A stretch of 64,000 bases of DNA from Corallococcus sp. (GTDB taxonomy: Bacteria; Bacillota; Clostridia; Christensenellales; CAG-314). The DNA is taken from positions 47,513-111,512 of the forward strand of contig JAMPEJ010000006.1 of NCBI GenBank assembly GCA_023665205.1, in the 5' to 3' direction. This document shows, piece after piece, positions 29,641 to 39,427 of this stretch. The position numbers and the translations under genes were made by a program. The notes under the pieces were generated by a model. It saw nothing but the letters and a program-made list of their open reading frames with translations. It was not told the origin of the DNA and made no database searches. Every line of letters begins with the position of its first letter. The stretch's first letter is position 1.

Positions 29641-30408
29641 TTATCTTTCCTCTCTTTCCAAAAATTGTTTTGCCAAAGCTTCGTATGCTACCGCGCCGCT
29701 GCTGTTTGGAGCATGAACGGCAATAGGAACGCCAAAACTGGGCGATTCTACCAACTTTATATTGCGCGGTACGGGTACCGTATATATTTTTTCGCCAAAA
29801 TACTTATAAATTTCATCCGTAACTTGTTTTGACATTATCGTGCGAGTATCGTACATGGTTAAAATTACGCCGTTGACAGACAAATTGGCGTTCAAACGTT
29901 GACGCACGATTTTTATTGTATTCATCAACTGACTTAAACCCTCCAAAGCAAAAAATTCGCTTTGGATAGGTATTATGACGGAATCGCTGGCCACAAGCGC
30001 GTTTAACGTAAGCAATCCTAAACTGGGCGGACAATCTATAAATATATAGTCGTAGTCGTTCTTTACAGGTTCCAAAGCGCGTTTCAAGGCGCTTTCACGT
30101 GAAGGCATATTTACAAGATCTGTCTCCGCCGCAGCCAAATCGATATTGCTTGGCAAAATCGATAAATTATCGATAAGCGTTGACGCAATAACTTGCGTAG
30201 CAATACAATCGCCCATCAAAACGTCGTAGCAGGAAGTTTCCAATTGATTTTTTTCTATTCCGTAACCGCTCGTCGCGTTGCCCTGGGGATCGAAATCCAC
30301 CAACAATACGCGCCTGCCGGACTTAGCCACGTAAGCGGCAAGGTTGATAGCGGTGGTGGTTTTACCCACTCCGCCCTTTTGATTAGAAAAAGAAATTATT
30401 TTTCCCAT
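29641..30408 (-). CDS. parA: Chromosome partitioning ATPase ParA/Soj
   Basis: Deviant Walker A, NQKGGVGKTTTAINLAA, with SD GGAG upstream. Confidence 0.92.
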   Translation of the reverse strand: MGKIISFSNQKGGVGKTTTAINLAAYVAKSGRRVLLVDFDPQGNATSGYGIEKNQLETSCYDVLMGDCIATQVIASTLIDNLSILPSNIDLAAAETDLVNMPSRESALKRALEPVKNDYDYIFIDCPPSLGLLTLNALVASDSVIIPIQSEFFALEGLSQLMNTIKIVRQRLNANLSVNGVILTMYDTRTIMSKQVTDEIYKYFGEKIYTVPVPRNIKLVESPSFGVPIAVHAPNSSGAVAYEALAKQFLEREER

Positions 30409-30800
30409 ACTTTACTCCGGCCGAAACGTTCGGCAAAATTTTTCCAACGGCGATATTTTTGCAGCACATCGAGCGATAAGCCTGTAATTTCGGTAAACTT
30501 CTGTCGAATTTGCGCGAAAAAGTGCGCCCGCTTCCGTACTTATCAATTGTTCAACGCACAATTTACTATGCAATACGTATTTATAATAACACAAAAAAAC
30601 AACTTTTTCAACAATATATCGTTCTTTTGACGAAATATTACGCAACTCATAACTTTGTAGCACGTTACGGTTGAGATTTTCGGTTCAAAGTGGTACAATT
30701 ATTTAGTCGCAAAGAAGATAATTTACGGCTTAACAAACTGATTTATACCGTTTTATAATTTATAAGTCGTAACGTTTGCTATAGAAGAGAGGTATCGCAT

Positions 30801-32099
30801 ATGAATCCCACAATTGTGGCGCTTTCCACCGCCGTCGGTCGCTCGGCAATTGCCGTTGTGCGCATGAGCGGCGACAGCGCAATAGACGTGGCAAAGAAAT
30901 TTTTTACGCCTTTTCCCACAGAACCCAACGTACTAAAAGTGGGAAAACTGCGCACAAAACACTTTGACGAACACGCAATGTGCGTATTTTTTGCCGAGCC
31001 GCACTCCTACACGGGGGAAAACACCGTGGAATTCCACTGTCACGGGGGCACGGCCGTATGCAAAGCCGTCATCGAAACTTGCATAGAACACGGCGCTGTC
31101 ATGGCTCAAAACGGAGAATTCAGTAAACGCGCCTTTATCAACGGAAAGCAAAATCTTACAAATGCTGAAGGCATAATCGAAATAATTGATGCAGAAACGG
31201 CTTCCGCCGCCAAAGCAGGAGCAAATTTACTGGAAAATACTCTTGGAAAAAAAATTGCGGAACTGCAAGACGGTCTATTGGATTTGATTTCGGCAAGCGA
31301 AGCGGCGTTGGATTATCCGGAAGAAGATTTGGAAATGCCGACAGCACAAACGGTAAAGAACACGCTTACAAATATTATCGTCCGATTGGATAACCTTATT
31401 TCCACTTCGACTTTGGGCAAAGTGGCAAAATACGGCGTAGACGTTGCCATAGTCGGCGCACCAAACGTGGGAAAATCCAGTCTCCTAAACGCTCTTTTGG
31501 GACAAAACCGCGCTATCGTATCTAACGAACAAGGCACTACGCGAGACACCTTGAACGAATCGGTTTTTTACCGCGATATAAAATTCAATTTCGTAGATAC
31601 CGCAGGTCTGCGCGATACCGACAACGACGTGGAAGCAGAAGGTATCCGCCGCGCAAAACAAGCGGCGCAAAACGCAGACGCAGTGCTTTACGTTGTGGAC
31701 GATCCTTTGGACAAAAGTGAATTTTCAAGCGACAAACCTACGATAAAAATTTTCAACAAGTGCGATCTGTACAAATCGCCGACCATAAAGAAAAACCAAT
31801 TGGCGCTTTCGGCCAAAAGCGGCGACGTAGAAATATTGAAGCAAACCTTGTACGATATGTTCCACGCGGGAGACATACAGAACAGCGATTTACTTATCAC
31901 TAACGAACGCCATCTATCCTGCTTGAAACAAGCAAAAAATTTACTGCAAAAAACGCTGTCGGACGCCGACAACTGCACACTGGACGTAGTGTCGACAGGT
32001 ATGCGCCAAGGATGGGAAGCGTTGGGAGAGATAACGGGAACCAACGCACAGGAAGACGTTATCGACAGAATTTACAGCAAATTTTGCTTAGGAAAATAA
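30801..32099 (+). CDS. mnmE: tRNA modification GTPase MnmE
   Basis: N-terminal IAVVRMSG, G-domain GAPNVGKSSLLN and DTAG, and the C-terminal FCLGK tetrapeptide motif. Confidence 0.92.
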   Translation: MNPTIVALSTAVGRSAIAVVRMSGDSAIDVAKKFFTPFPTEPNVLKVGKLRTKHFDEHAMCVFFAEPHSYTGENTVEFHCHGGTAVCKAVIETCIEHGAVMAQNGEFSKRAFINGKQNLTNAEGIIEIIDAETASAAKAGANLLENTLGKKIAELQDGLLDLISASEAALDYPEEDLEMPTAQTVKNTLTNIIVRLDNLISTSTLGKVAKYGVDVAIVGAPNVGKSSLLNALLGQNRAIVSNEQGTTRDTLNESVFYRDIKFNFVDTAGLRDTDNDVEAEGIRRAKQAAQNADAVLYVVDDPLDKSEFSSDKPTIKIFNKCDLYKSPTIKKNQLALSAKSGDVEILKQTLYDMFHAGDIQNSDLLITNERHLSCLKQAKNLLQKTLSDADNCTLDVVSTGMRQGWEALGEITGTNAQEDVIDRIYSKFCLGK

Positions 32100-32155
32100 A
32101 CGGTTTTGCAAACAAACCGTCGACGGAAAACCAACTTACGGAAGGTAAACTACTA

Positions 32156-34006
32156 TTGAAAGATTTTGACGTTATCGTAATAGGAGCGGGGCATGCAGGA
32201 TGCGAAGCAGCGTTGGCCGCAGCGCGTCTCAAGTGCCGGACTATGGTACTGGCTACCAATTTGGACACGGTGGCTTTTTTGGCGTGCAATCCAAGTATCG
32301 GCGGCACGGCAAAGGGACAAATTGTCAAAGAAATAGACGCACTCGGCGGCGAAATGGCAATAAACGCCGACAAAAGTCTTCTGCAAATGCGCATGCTAAA
32401 CCGAGGCAAAGGACCTGCGGTATATTCGCCGCGCGCGCAAGTAGACAAAAATCTGTATCACGTTTATATGAAACAAACGTTGGAACACACCCCTAACCTT
32501 TGTCTCAGACAGGGCGAAGCGGTGCGTATCGAACGGTCGGCAGACGGACGGTTTTCCGTCACAACCGCCGTGGACTTGATCTATACGTGTTCGAGCGTTA
32601 TCTTATGCTGCGGCGTATACCTCAATTCGCGGACGATCGTAGGAAATTGCGTCAAAAACAGCGGACCGAACGGTTTTGCAAATGCGCAGCTGCTTACGCA
32701 AAGTTTGATTGATCTTGGTTTTAGCGTACGCCGTTTCAAAACAGGTACTCCGGCTCGCGTACGATTGGATTCTTTGGATCTTTCCAAGACTACGGAACAA
32801 CGCGGCGAAACCGACGCAACGCCTTTTTCCTATATGCACGAAAGCGTACCTTCGGAAAAACGCAGTTGCTATCTAACGTACTCAACAGAGAAAACAAAAC
32901 AAATTATTTTGGATAACAAACATCTTGCGCCGCTTTACAACGGTTCTATAAACGGCGTCGGTCCGCGCTACTGCCCCAGTATAGAGGACAAAATAGTGCG
33001 GTTTGCAGATAAAGACCGTCATCAAATTTTTTTGGAACCGGAGTCTGCCGACACGTGCGAATTTTATGTACAAGGCGCGTCGTCTTCCATGCCGGCCGCC
33101 GTACAGGAACAAATTTACCGCAGTATAGAAGGTTTGGAAAACGTAGAAATAATGCGCGACGCCTATGCTATAGAATACGATTGCATAGACGCTACGCAGC
33201 TTGACGCAACGCTGATGTCAAAAAATTACGCAGGAATGTTTTTTGCCGGACAGATAAACGGAACCAGCGGTTACGAAGAAGCGGCCGCGCAAGGACTTGT
33301 TGCCGGAATCAACGCCGAACGTTACCTGCACGGAAAAACTCCGATTGTTTTTCCGCGCGACAACAGTTACATCGGCGTTCTTGTAGACGATATAACGACA
33401 AAGGAGACGGAAGAACCCTACCGTATGATGACAAGCCGCGCCGAACACCGTCTTGTCTTGCGGCAGGACAACGCGGACTTGCGTCTTACGGAACAAGGAC
33501 GGAAAATCGGTTTGGTCAGCGATGAGCGCTACCGCAAGTTTACGGAAAAAAAACAACAACTTGACGCGGCGTTTGCTCAACTCAAAACCGTGATCTCTCC
33601 CAAAACTTACGGCGAACTGTTTGCCGAACGCAACGAACCTGTAACCGGTGCAGGGCTTACGTTGGAAGAAATGCTGCGCCGTCCCAATATTTCCGCAAAA
33701 GACTTGCAAAGCTTGGGTTACTTTTCGGATTGCAGTGAAGACGTATTGTATCAGGTGGAAGTGGAGTGCAAATACCGCGGTTACATTCAAAAGGAATTGG
33801 ATGCAATCGCTCAAGCGCGCAAATGGGAAAATAAAGTCTTGCCTGCGGAAATCGACTACGACAAAATCGACGGCTTGCGTTTGGAGGCTCGCCAAAAACT
33901 CAACAAGATACGCCCGATAAACTTAGGACAAGCAGGACGCATAAGCGGAGTGTCCCCTGCGGACGTGCAAATCCTTATAGTCTACCTTTCCCAACAAAAG
34001 CGCTAA
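32156..34006 (+). CDS. mnmG: tRNA uridine 5-carboxymethylaminomethyl modification enzyme MnmG
   Basis: FDVIVIGAGHAGCEAA FAD motif. In-frame TTG at 32156 gives MKDFDVIV and follows GGAAGG. The track start at 32012 overlaps mnmE. Confidence 0.9.
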   Translation: MKDFDVIVIGAGHAGCEAALAAARLKCRTMVLATNLDTVAFLACNPSIGGTAKGQIVKEIDALGGEMAINADKSLLQMRMLNRGKGPAVYSPRAQVDKNLYHVYMKQTLEHTPNLCLRQGEAVRIERSADGRFSVTTAVDLIYTCSSVILCCGVYLNSRTIVGNCVKNSGPNGFANAQLLTQSLIDLGFSVRRFKTGTPARVRLDSLDLSKTTEQRGETDATPFSYMHESVPSEKRSCYLTYSTEKTKQIILDNKHLAPLYNGSINGVGPRYCPSIEDKIVRFADKDRHQIFLEPESADTCEFYVQGASSSMPAAVQEQIYRSIEGLENVEIMRDAYAIEYDCIDATQLDATLMSKNYAGMFFAGQINGTSGYEEAAAQGLVAGINAERYLHGKTPIVFPRDNSYIGVLVDDITTKETEEPYRMMTSRAEHRLVLRQDNADLRLTEQGRKIGLVSDERYRKFTEKKQQLDAAFAQLKTVISPKTYGELFAERNEPVTGAGLTLEEMLRRPNISAKDLQSLGYFSDCSEDVLYQVEVECKYRGYIQKELDAIAQARKWENKVLPAEIDYDKIDGLRLEARQKLNKIRPINLGQAGRISGVSPADVQILIVYLSQQKR

Positions 34007-34182
34007 AAAGCATGCAGATTTACCTCTAAAACTTGCGTGATCAACTTTTGCAGTGCCTGTTATAAGTTAAAACGACTTATGTATGACTTCAACGTTGCGT
34101 CTGCAAAATAGTTGCGGTTATTCAGAATCAGTCGTTGCAAACGTTCTGTTTTGGGCGCATAAAAATTGAAACATCTAACGAA

Positions 34183-34866
34183 ATGAAAAACTATATTTAC
34201 GAACAAACCGGAATTTTGCTTTCGGAAAAACAGATCGGACAATTGGAAACTTACTGCGATTTTTTGCTGGAAGAAAATGAAAAATTCAATCTGACGGCAA
34301 TAACAGAACGCGCAGCAGTGTGGGAAAAACACTTTGCGGACAGCATATTGGGCGCCGTAGCTATTCCGCAAAATTGCACAGTATGCGACGTCGGCAGCGG
34401 AGCGGGCTTTCCCTCATTGCCGATTAAAATTGCACGCAACGACGTCTCCGTAACGCTTGTGGACAGTTTGGAAAAACGTATAGATTTTACCCGTCGCCTA
34501 TGCAAAAAAATAGGAATAGACGCCTCGTTTTTCCACGAGCGCGCAGAGGACTTTGCAAAAAAACACGCGGAACGCTTTGACGTTGCAACAGCCAGAGCCG
34601 TAGCGCCGCTCAACGTATTGCTGGAGTACGTTGCGCAAACCGTCAAAATCGGCGGACATATAATCGCCTACAAGACCGACGCCGCAGAACTTCAAATTGC
34701 GGAAAACGCCTGCAAAATATTGGGTTTGCAATACGTAACGTCGCACGCCTTTGTGCTTCCGGAAGGAGGCAAACGCTGTATAATGGTCTTTGAAAAAGTG
34801 CGTCGTACTCCGTCAAAGTATCCGCGCTCCCAAAACAAACCCAGAAAGCAACCGCTAGGCGCGTAG
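34183..34866 (+). CDS. rsmG: 16S rRNA (guanine527-N7)-methyltransferase RsmG
   Basis: NLTAI...W.KHF.DS and the VCDVGSGAGFPSLPIKI SAM motif. Follows mnmG as in canonical gid operons. Confidence 0.88.
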   Translation: MKNYIYEQTGILLSEKQIGQLETYCDFLLEENEKFNLTAITERAAVWEKHFADSILGAVAIPQNCTVCDVGSGAGFPSLPIKIARNDVSVTLVDSLEKRIDFTRRLCKKIGIDASFFHERAEDFAKKHAERFDVATARAVAPLNVLLEYVAQTVKIGGHIIAYKTDAAELQIAENACKILGLQYVTSHAFVLPEGGKRCIMVFEKVRRTPSKYPRSQNKPRKQPLGA

Positions 34867-34945
34867 CCGCTGAAAGCGTAAAAAAATCTATACAATTAGA
34901 TTGCTAATCGTACAAATAAGAAATAGCCGAAAATAAATAATAAAT

Positions 34946-34977
34946 AAAGGTAACTGCTTAATCACAGTTACCTTTTT
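34946..34977. terminator. Hairpin terminator, member of a repeated AAAGGTAACTG hairpin family
   Basis: AAAGGTAACTG-cttaatca-CAGTTACCTTT followed by TT. Confidence 0.7.
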
Positions 34978-35016
34978 ATTTAGTCGACGTATCATTTCAA
35001 TTTTTATTAGTTAGTA

Positions 35017-35229
35017 TTAAAAATCGTTTTTTAACCCAACAAGTTCGTCTAGCGTTATATCAAAATATTGCGCCAACGCTATTAAAGAGGTTAATGTCGG
35101 CTCACGCAATCCATTCTCCCATAGGCTTATACAACCCTTGCTTACCCCAATGGCATTGGCAAGTTCTACTTGCGTTAAGTCCATTTCTTGACGCAATTCA
35201 CTCAATCTTTGTCCCAATAGTATTACCAT
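35017..35229 (-). CDS. XRE-family HTH transcriptional regulator (70 aa)
   Basis: LGQRLSELRQEMDLTQVELANAIGVSKGCISLWENG is the Cro/C1-type HTH. Confidence 0.85.
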   Translation of the reverse strand: MVILLGQRLSELRQEMDLTQVELANAIGVSKGCISLWENGLREPTLTSLIALAQYFDITLDELVGLKNDF

Positions 35230-35243
35230 AACTACTTAATCTT

Positions 35244-35474
35244 TTATTCAATATTTTTGAAATCGTCAACCTCAAAAAATTCCCGTAAACTAATTTCAAA
35301 ACCGTAACATAACATTCTTATTGTTACAATTCCGGGATTTTGACTATTTCCATACAATATACTTTTAATTGTCGAAGGCGAAACACCCGACTTGATAGCC
35401 AGTTTGTGTATGGACATTCTTTTTTCTTCCAACAAAACAAGTATTCTGTTTTTAACAGCCGTACAAGTATCCAT
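35244..35474 (-). CDS. XRE-family HTH transcriptional regulator (76 aa)
   Basis: NRILVLLEEKRMSIHKLAIKSGVSPSTIKSILYG is an HTH. Confidence 0.8.
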   Translation of the reverse strand: MDTCTAVKNRILVLLEEKRMSIHKLAIKSGVSPSTIKSILYGNSQNPGIVTIRMLCYGFEISLREFFEVDDFKNIE

Positions 35475-35507
35475 ATCTCACCTTGTAATAATTATATCTA
35501 TTGATTA

Positions 35508-35554
35508 TTGACAAAGTGGGCGATATATGATACTATTTGGACTATATATCGCCC
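35508..35554 (+). promoter_or_regulatory. Promoter overlapped by an 11-bp inverted repeat (candidate XRE operator)
   Basis: TTGACA (35508..35513), 17 nt, TACTAT (35531..35536). The inverted repeat GGGCGATATAT (35518..35528) / ATATATCGCCC (35544..35554) straddles the -10. Confidence 0.55.
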
Positions 35555-35567
35555 TCTGTGAGAAAGA

Positions 35568-35774
35568 ATGATGGAGAAAAATATTTACGCCATAACAAAA
35601 GCGGAATTTTTGAATAAATCTTTTAATACTCAGTATAAAAAATTTTCACAAACGTTTTGGAAACATCCCGACGGAGCAACGGTTTGGATGTTTTACGACG
35701 ACGGACAAGCGCACGACAATTGGAAAGTTTATTGTAACGGAGACAAAAATAATCGAGCAATATGTCGGCCCTGA
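35568..35774 (+). CDS. Hypothetical small protein (68 aa)
   Basis: ATG ORF divergent from the XRE pair, with a weak SD (GAGAAAGA). No family recognised. Confidence 0.45.
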   Translation: MMEKNIYAITKAEFLNKSFNTQYKKFSQTFWKHPDGATVWMFYDDGQAHDNWKVYCNGDKNNRAICRP

Positions 35775-35784
35775 CGTCAACAAA

Positions 35785-36015
35785 TTGAAATTAGATCACA
35801 ACCTTTGTTTGTTGCGCGTAGCCGTAAAAATAATTCTCTCCAAAGTGACGGGACTTCCTTTTATGTTTGAGGTTTTGGGAACTTACGAATGTTTTTTGAG
35901 AGAAAGCAGATCAAAAGATTATCACGTATGGCGCAAAGTTATAAACGGTCAAACATTTTCAAATAGACTAATTGGGAATATTAGAGATATTAAAATGCTT
36001 CAAACAAAAAGGTAA
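35785..36015 (+). CDS. Hypothetical small protein (76 aa, TTG start) or 3-prime part of a frameshifted gene
   Basis: Its frame is open back to 35614 and overlaps the end of the previous ORF. The stop codon lies inside the terminator stem. Confidence 0.35.
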   Translation: MKLDHNLCLLRVAVKIILSKVTGLPFMFEVLGTYECFLRESRSKDYHVWRKVINGQTFSNRLIGNIRDIKMLQTKR

Positions 36016-36037
36016 CTGCCGCGAGCAGTTACCTTTT
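36008..36037. terminator. Bidirectional hairpin terminator, same stem family as 34946
   Basis: AAAGGTAACTGC-cgcga-GCAGTTACCTTT, flanked by A5 and T4. Confidence 0.75.
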
Positions 36038-36189
36038 CAATTTGTATTTGTAAATAATGGTGTTGGTGTGGTGGGTTTTGTCTGTTCAACTTTACTGTCC
36101 GTACAACAAACATACACTGCAAAAGTTAAATTTCTTCACCAACAGTAAATACTATCCGCCCCACCGGCAAGGTGCGCCCATCGGCAAGA

Positions 36190-36801
36190 CTAGCGACGCT
36201 TTTTGTCGCTGCGGTAAACAAAATTGAGGGTTTTTCTCGGCGCATTGGGCGCGTTCAAAATTTCTTCTTTCCCTTTTGGGGAGATAACGACTCTGCGTCC
36301 GCTACCCTCGCCCTCGCTTGCCGTCACAACGTAATCGCTGTTTTGCAAAGCGGTGTGGATGATCCGTCTTTCGTAAGGATTCATAGGTTCCAACTTTGCT
36401 GGACGTCCTGTGCGCTTTACCTTCAATTCCAAGTTGCCTGCAAGTTTACGCAACGCCTTTTCGCGGCGGCCGCGGTATCCTTCGGCATCCAAAACTACGC
36501 GGCGAATACCGTCGTTTTTGTTGTTGAGTTGCAGTCCGCACAGATACTGCAATGCATCCAACACCTCTCCGTGATAGCCTATCACACTGTTGGCGTCAGG
36601 AGTGTTGATAGTAAGCGTTATTGTTTCGTCTACGGTTTCGTCAATTACTTCGCAATTTTCAATACCCATCTTTTGCAAAACCGTCAGCAAAAATTCCTTG
36701 ATTTTTGTTATTTCTGCAGGTACGTCCATAGTTGCCTTGTTGCTTTCTGTCACAGGCTCTTGCAATTCGGCAACCTGCTCCGCATCCTTTTTCTTTCTCA
36801 T
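36190..36801 (-). CDS. jag: RNA-binding protein Jag/KhpB (KH + R3H domains)
   Basis: C-terminal R3H (LEPMNPYERRIIHTAL). Immediately downstream of yidC, as in the conserved operon. Confidence 0.88.
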   Translation of the reverse strand: MRKKKDAEQVAELQEPVTESNKATMDVPAEITKIKEFLLTVLQKMGIENCEVIDETVDETITLTINTPDANSVIGYHGEVLDALQYLCGLQLNNKNDGIRRVVLDAEGYRGRREKALRKLAGNLELKVKRTGRPAKLEPMNPYERRIIHTALQNSDYVVTASEGEGSGRRVVISPKGKEEILNAPNAPRKTLNFVYRSDKKRR

Positions 36802-36808
36802 AAAAAAT

Positions 36809-38149
36809 TTACCTCATATAATCGGCCTTACTCGGCTTCTTTTCTTTCTTATCGCTTTTTGCAAGGCTCTTTTCTACAATTTTTTCCACAGGCCAACGCA
36901 AAGCAACTGTTGCAAGAATGCTAAGCGTGTAGTTGCACACCATGTAAATAGCAAACGCGCCGGTATACATAAAACCGAAAAACGCCATCATCAGCGGCAT
37001 TATGATCATCATCGTTTTGTTGGTAGCCGCTTGCTGAGCGTTCGGCTTGACCTCGGGTTCGCCATTTTTGCTTTTTTTGTTTTTCTTGTCCATAAGTTGA
37101 GAGATAAATATGGACAGGAAGGACAGACCTATGGACAAGATGGGCAACAACATCAAACCGTTCCAACTTCCGTTGCCGCCGTGTCCGCCGGTTTTAAGCA
37201 CAGCGTTGCGGATCATATCGTAATGACCTACGCCGCCGTCGGTGCCAAACGCTTTCATATCGACGGAGGAACTGAAACCGTTACTGGAATCGTTATATCC
37301 CGGCATTATTGACGCCCAAGTATCCGGCTGCCAAACGTTTTCTATCCACAACCAACTTTCGTGATGTCCCTTGTAATATTCGGACACTGCGTCTAACGCT
37401 TTTTCGCGGTAAACGGCGTCGGCTTCGTCGCCGTAAATAGTTCTAAATTCGCCTATACCGTCCAACAACACGGTGCCCCATTTTTCGTAGTCTTTGCTCT
37501 TTTCTCCGGCATTGGTTTTGTAGTAAGACAAGCCTTTCCATTCTTTGCTGCCGCTTTCGGTAACTATGGTTTCTCCGTTCCAATAAGCGTCCCACTTTGC
37601 GTTGTCCGTATCTTTTTCTACCTGTTCGACGTAGGATTCCATATAAGTGTCGGACAACCCGCGGAAGTTCATAACGCTGCTGTAAGTGGAGTAGTCGCGC
37701 AATCCTCCGAACATAACGAAGAATATGACCATCGTCACGATCATCGGCAAACACGTAGAAAACATCGAATAGCCCTGTTTTTTGTACAGTTTCTGCTTTT
37801 CCGCATTTGCGCGCTGAGTATTTGCGCCGTACCGCTTGTCTATTTCTTCCATCAGCGGTTGGATCTTTTGCATTTTGAGGGTAGACTTACGCGTAGAAAT
37901 ACGCTGCCACATATCCAAAGGCAACGTGATAAGTTTCAAAAATACGGTAAACACTACAACGGTCCAACCGTAGTTTCCTTCGCCCATCCATCCGTGCATC
38001 CAACGCACCAGCTTGCCCACGACGCCAAGATCGTTTTCGCTGTATTTGAAGTAATCTACCGCAGTTGGTGAGCAAGCGGCAAAAATCCCCAAGCACAGCA
38101 ACGCGAGCATTACCGTCAAAATTATCAAATTTGCTTTTCTTTTCATCAT
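36809..38149 (-). CDS. yidC: Membrane protein insertase YidC/Oxa1 family (lipoprotein type, enlarged extracytoplasmic loop)
   Basis: Lipobox LGIFAAC. Conserved LPLDMWQ..STLKMQKIQPLMEEI..KY and a C-terminal basic tail. Confidence 0.88.
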   Translation of the reverse strand: MMKRKANLIILTVMLALLCLGIFAACSPTAVDYFKYSENDLGVVGKLVRWMHGWMGEGNYGWTVVVFTVFLKLITLPLDMWQRISTRKSTLKMQKIQPLMEEIDKRYGANTQRANAEKQKLYKKQGYSMFSTCLPMIVTMVIFFVMFGGLRDYSTYSSVMNFRGLSDTYMESYVEQVEKDTDNAKWDAYWNGETIVTESGSKEWKGLSYYKTNAGEKSKDYEKWGTVLLDGIGEFRTIYGDEADAVYREKALDAVSEYYKGHHESWLWIENVWQPDTWASIMPGYNDSSNGFSSSVDMKAFGTDGGVGHYDMIRNAVLKTGGHGGNGSWNGLMLLPILSIGLSFLSIFISQLMDKKNKKSKNGEPEVKPNAQQAATNKTMMIIMPLMMAFFGFMYTGAFAIYMVCNYTLSILATVALRWPVEKIVEKSLAKSDKKEKKPSKADYMR

Positions 38150-38280
38150 TTCTCCATTTTAGCCGCACAAAACTTGCAGGGGCAAGTCGATCGGAAGTCA
38201 AACGAGACTTGAAACCGTGTAGTCCGAAAGAGCGCGTGATATGCGCCTTTGCGGCACGCAAGTTTCCGGTTGAGTGTGAC

Positions 38281-38526
38281 TCACACAAACCACTTCATAT
38301 CGCCTTTCAGATTCTGCGGAACAGGATCGAATCCGCCCTTTCCCCACGGAGCGCAGCGAGCAAGCCGCTTTACCGTAAGCCACGTCCCCTTGACAAATCC
38401 AAATGACTTGTACGCCTCCATCGAGTACACCGAGCAGCTGGGACAGTAAATACACGTCTTTTTGCCTTTCAGTTTGGAAAGGGTGGCTTTGTACAGTTTC
38501 AGCAAAGCAATGGCAACGTATTTCAT
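38281..38526 (-). CDS. yidD: Membrane protein insertion efficiency factor YidD
   Basis: YK..LS......C.Y.PSCS.Y..EA......VKG..L...R..RC.PW..GG.DPVP signature. Start at the ATG abutting the rnpA stop. Confidence 0.85.
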   Translation of the reverse strand: MKYVAIALLKLYKATLSKLKGKKTCIYCPSCSVYSMEAYKSFGFVKGTWLTVKRLARCAPWGKGGFDPVPQNLKGDMKWFV

Positions 38527-38855
38527 CGCGCCAACCCCGCCCTGTGCAAAAGTTTTTGCATTCCGTCCAAGATTTGCCAATAATCGTAGTTTTCCCTTAA
38601 ACGCGGAACAAAAATTATATTGTATCCGTCCTTTACCTGCGGCATAAGCGTCTCGGCAGCCGCCTTCAATTTGCGGCGGATCTTGTTGCGCTCTACGGCA
38701 TGTCCGTACTTTTTACCGACGGAAAAACCGACTTTGGTTTGTCGACCGTTACTTTTGCAATACAACATAACCAACAATTTGTCGGCTACGCTTTCCGCGT
38801 GTTTGTAGACGTAGTTGTATTGATAGTTTTTTTTCAGTCTGTAAATAGACTTCAA
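38523..38855 (-). CDS. rnpA: Ribonuclease P protein component
   Basis: 110 aa, basic, with the KVGFSVGKKYGHAVERNKIRRKLK RNR-motif region. Directly downstream of rpmH. Confidence 0.88.
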   Translation of the reverse strand: MKSIYRLKKNYQYNYVYKHAESVADKLLVMLYCKSNGRQTKVGFSVGKKYGHAVERNKIRRKLKAAAETLMPQVKDGYNIIFVPRLRENYDYWQILDGMQKLLHRAGLAR

Positions 38856-38863
38856 AACCGCAC

Positions 38864-38998
38864 TCCCCTTTAACTATGCGGAAAGAGAATGACGACCCTT
38901 ATTGCGGCGTCTTGCAAGAGTTCTGCGTCCGCCCGTCGTTTTCATTCTGGCGCGGAAACCGTGCACTTTATTTCTTTGTCTTTTTTTAGGTTGGTAGG
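38864..38998 (-). CDS. rpmH: 50S ribosomal protein L34 (44 aa, below ORF-track cutoff)
   Basis: Minus strand translates to [44 protein letters not shown] after a GGAGAA SD. Confidence 0.93.
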
Positions 38999-39427
38999 TT
39001 CTTTTCATATCCGTTCTCCTTATTGTTTGGCGCAAAGCGCCGTTATTATTTAGTTTTGGCGCGGTTACGTCAAGTTACCGAGGCGCCGAAAAGCTCGTTC
39101 CGTTGCGGTGCCAAGCATATTACTCCTGCATATCAACAAGAGCAACGCGCACTCCGCCAGAATAGCGTTCGTTTTATTATACCAAACGGACAAAGCAAAG
39201 TCAAGCATTGCGTCCGCGTTATCGGCAACTTTAAGTAATCTCATACACCATGCAAAGCCTACAATTTTATTTTTTCAAGAGCGTTTACGAATACTTAACT
39301 TGCACGCCGAGTTGCGATCGCTCTTGACAAATTCGGTTTTGCGCGTACAAAATGGTTTTTAAGGCATGATTTTTGTATTATTTAACAAAAAACCGCTATG
39401 TAAACGGAACAAATTTATTGTTCGCCA

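Noticed and set aside
30091-30106. A parS-like sequence GCTTTCACGTGAAGGC inside parA.
   Set aside because: Only the 10-bp palindromic core TTCACGTGAA is kept. Five of the six outer positions that matter for ParB binding are mismatched. I have noted it, but I do not call it a site.
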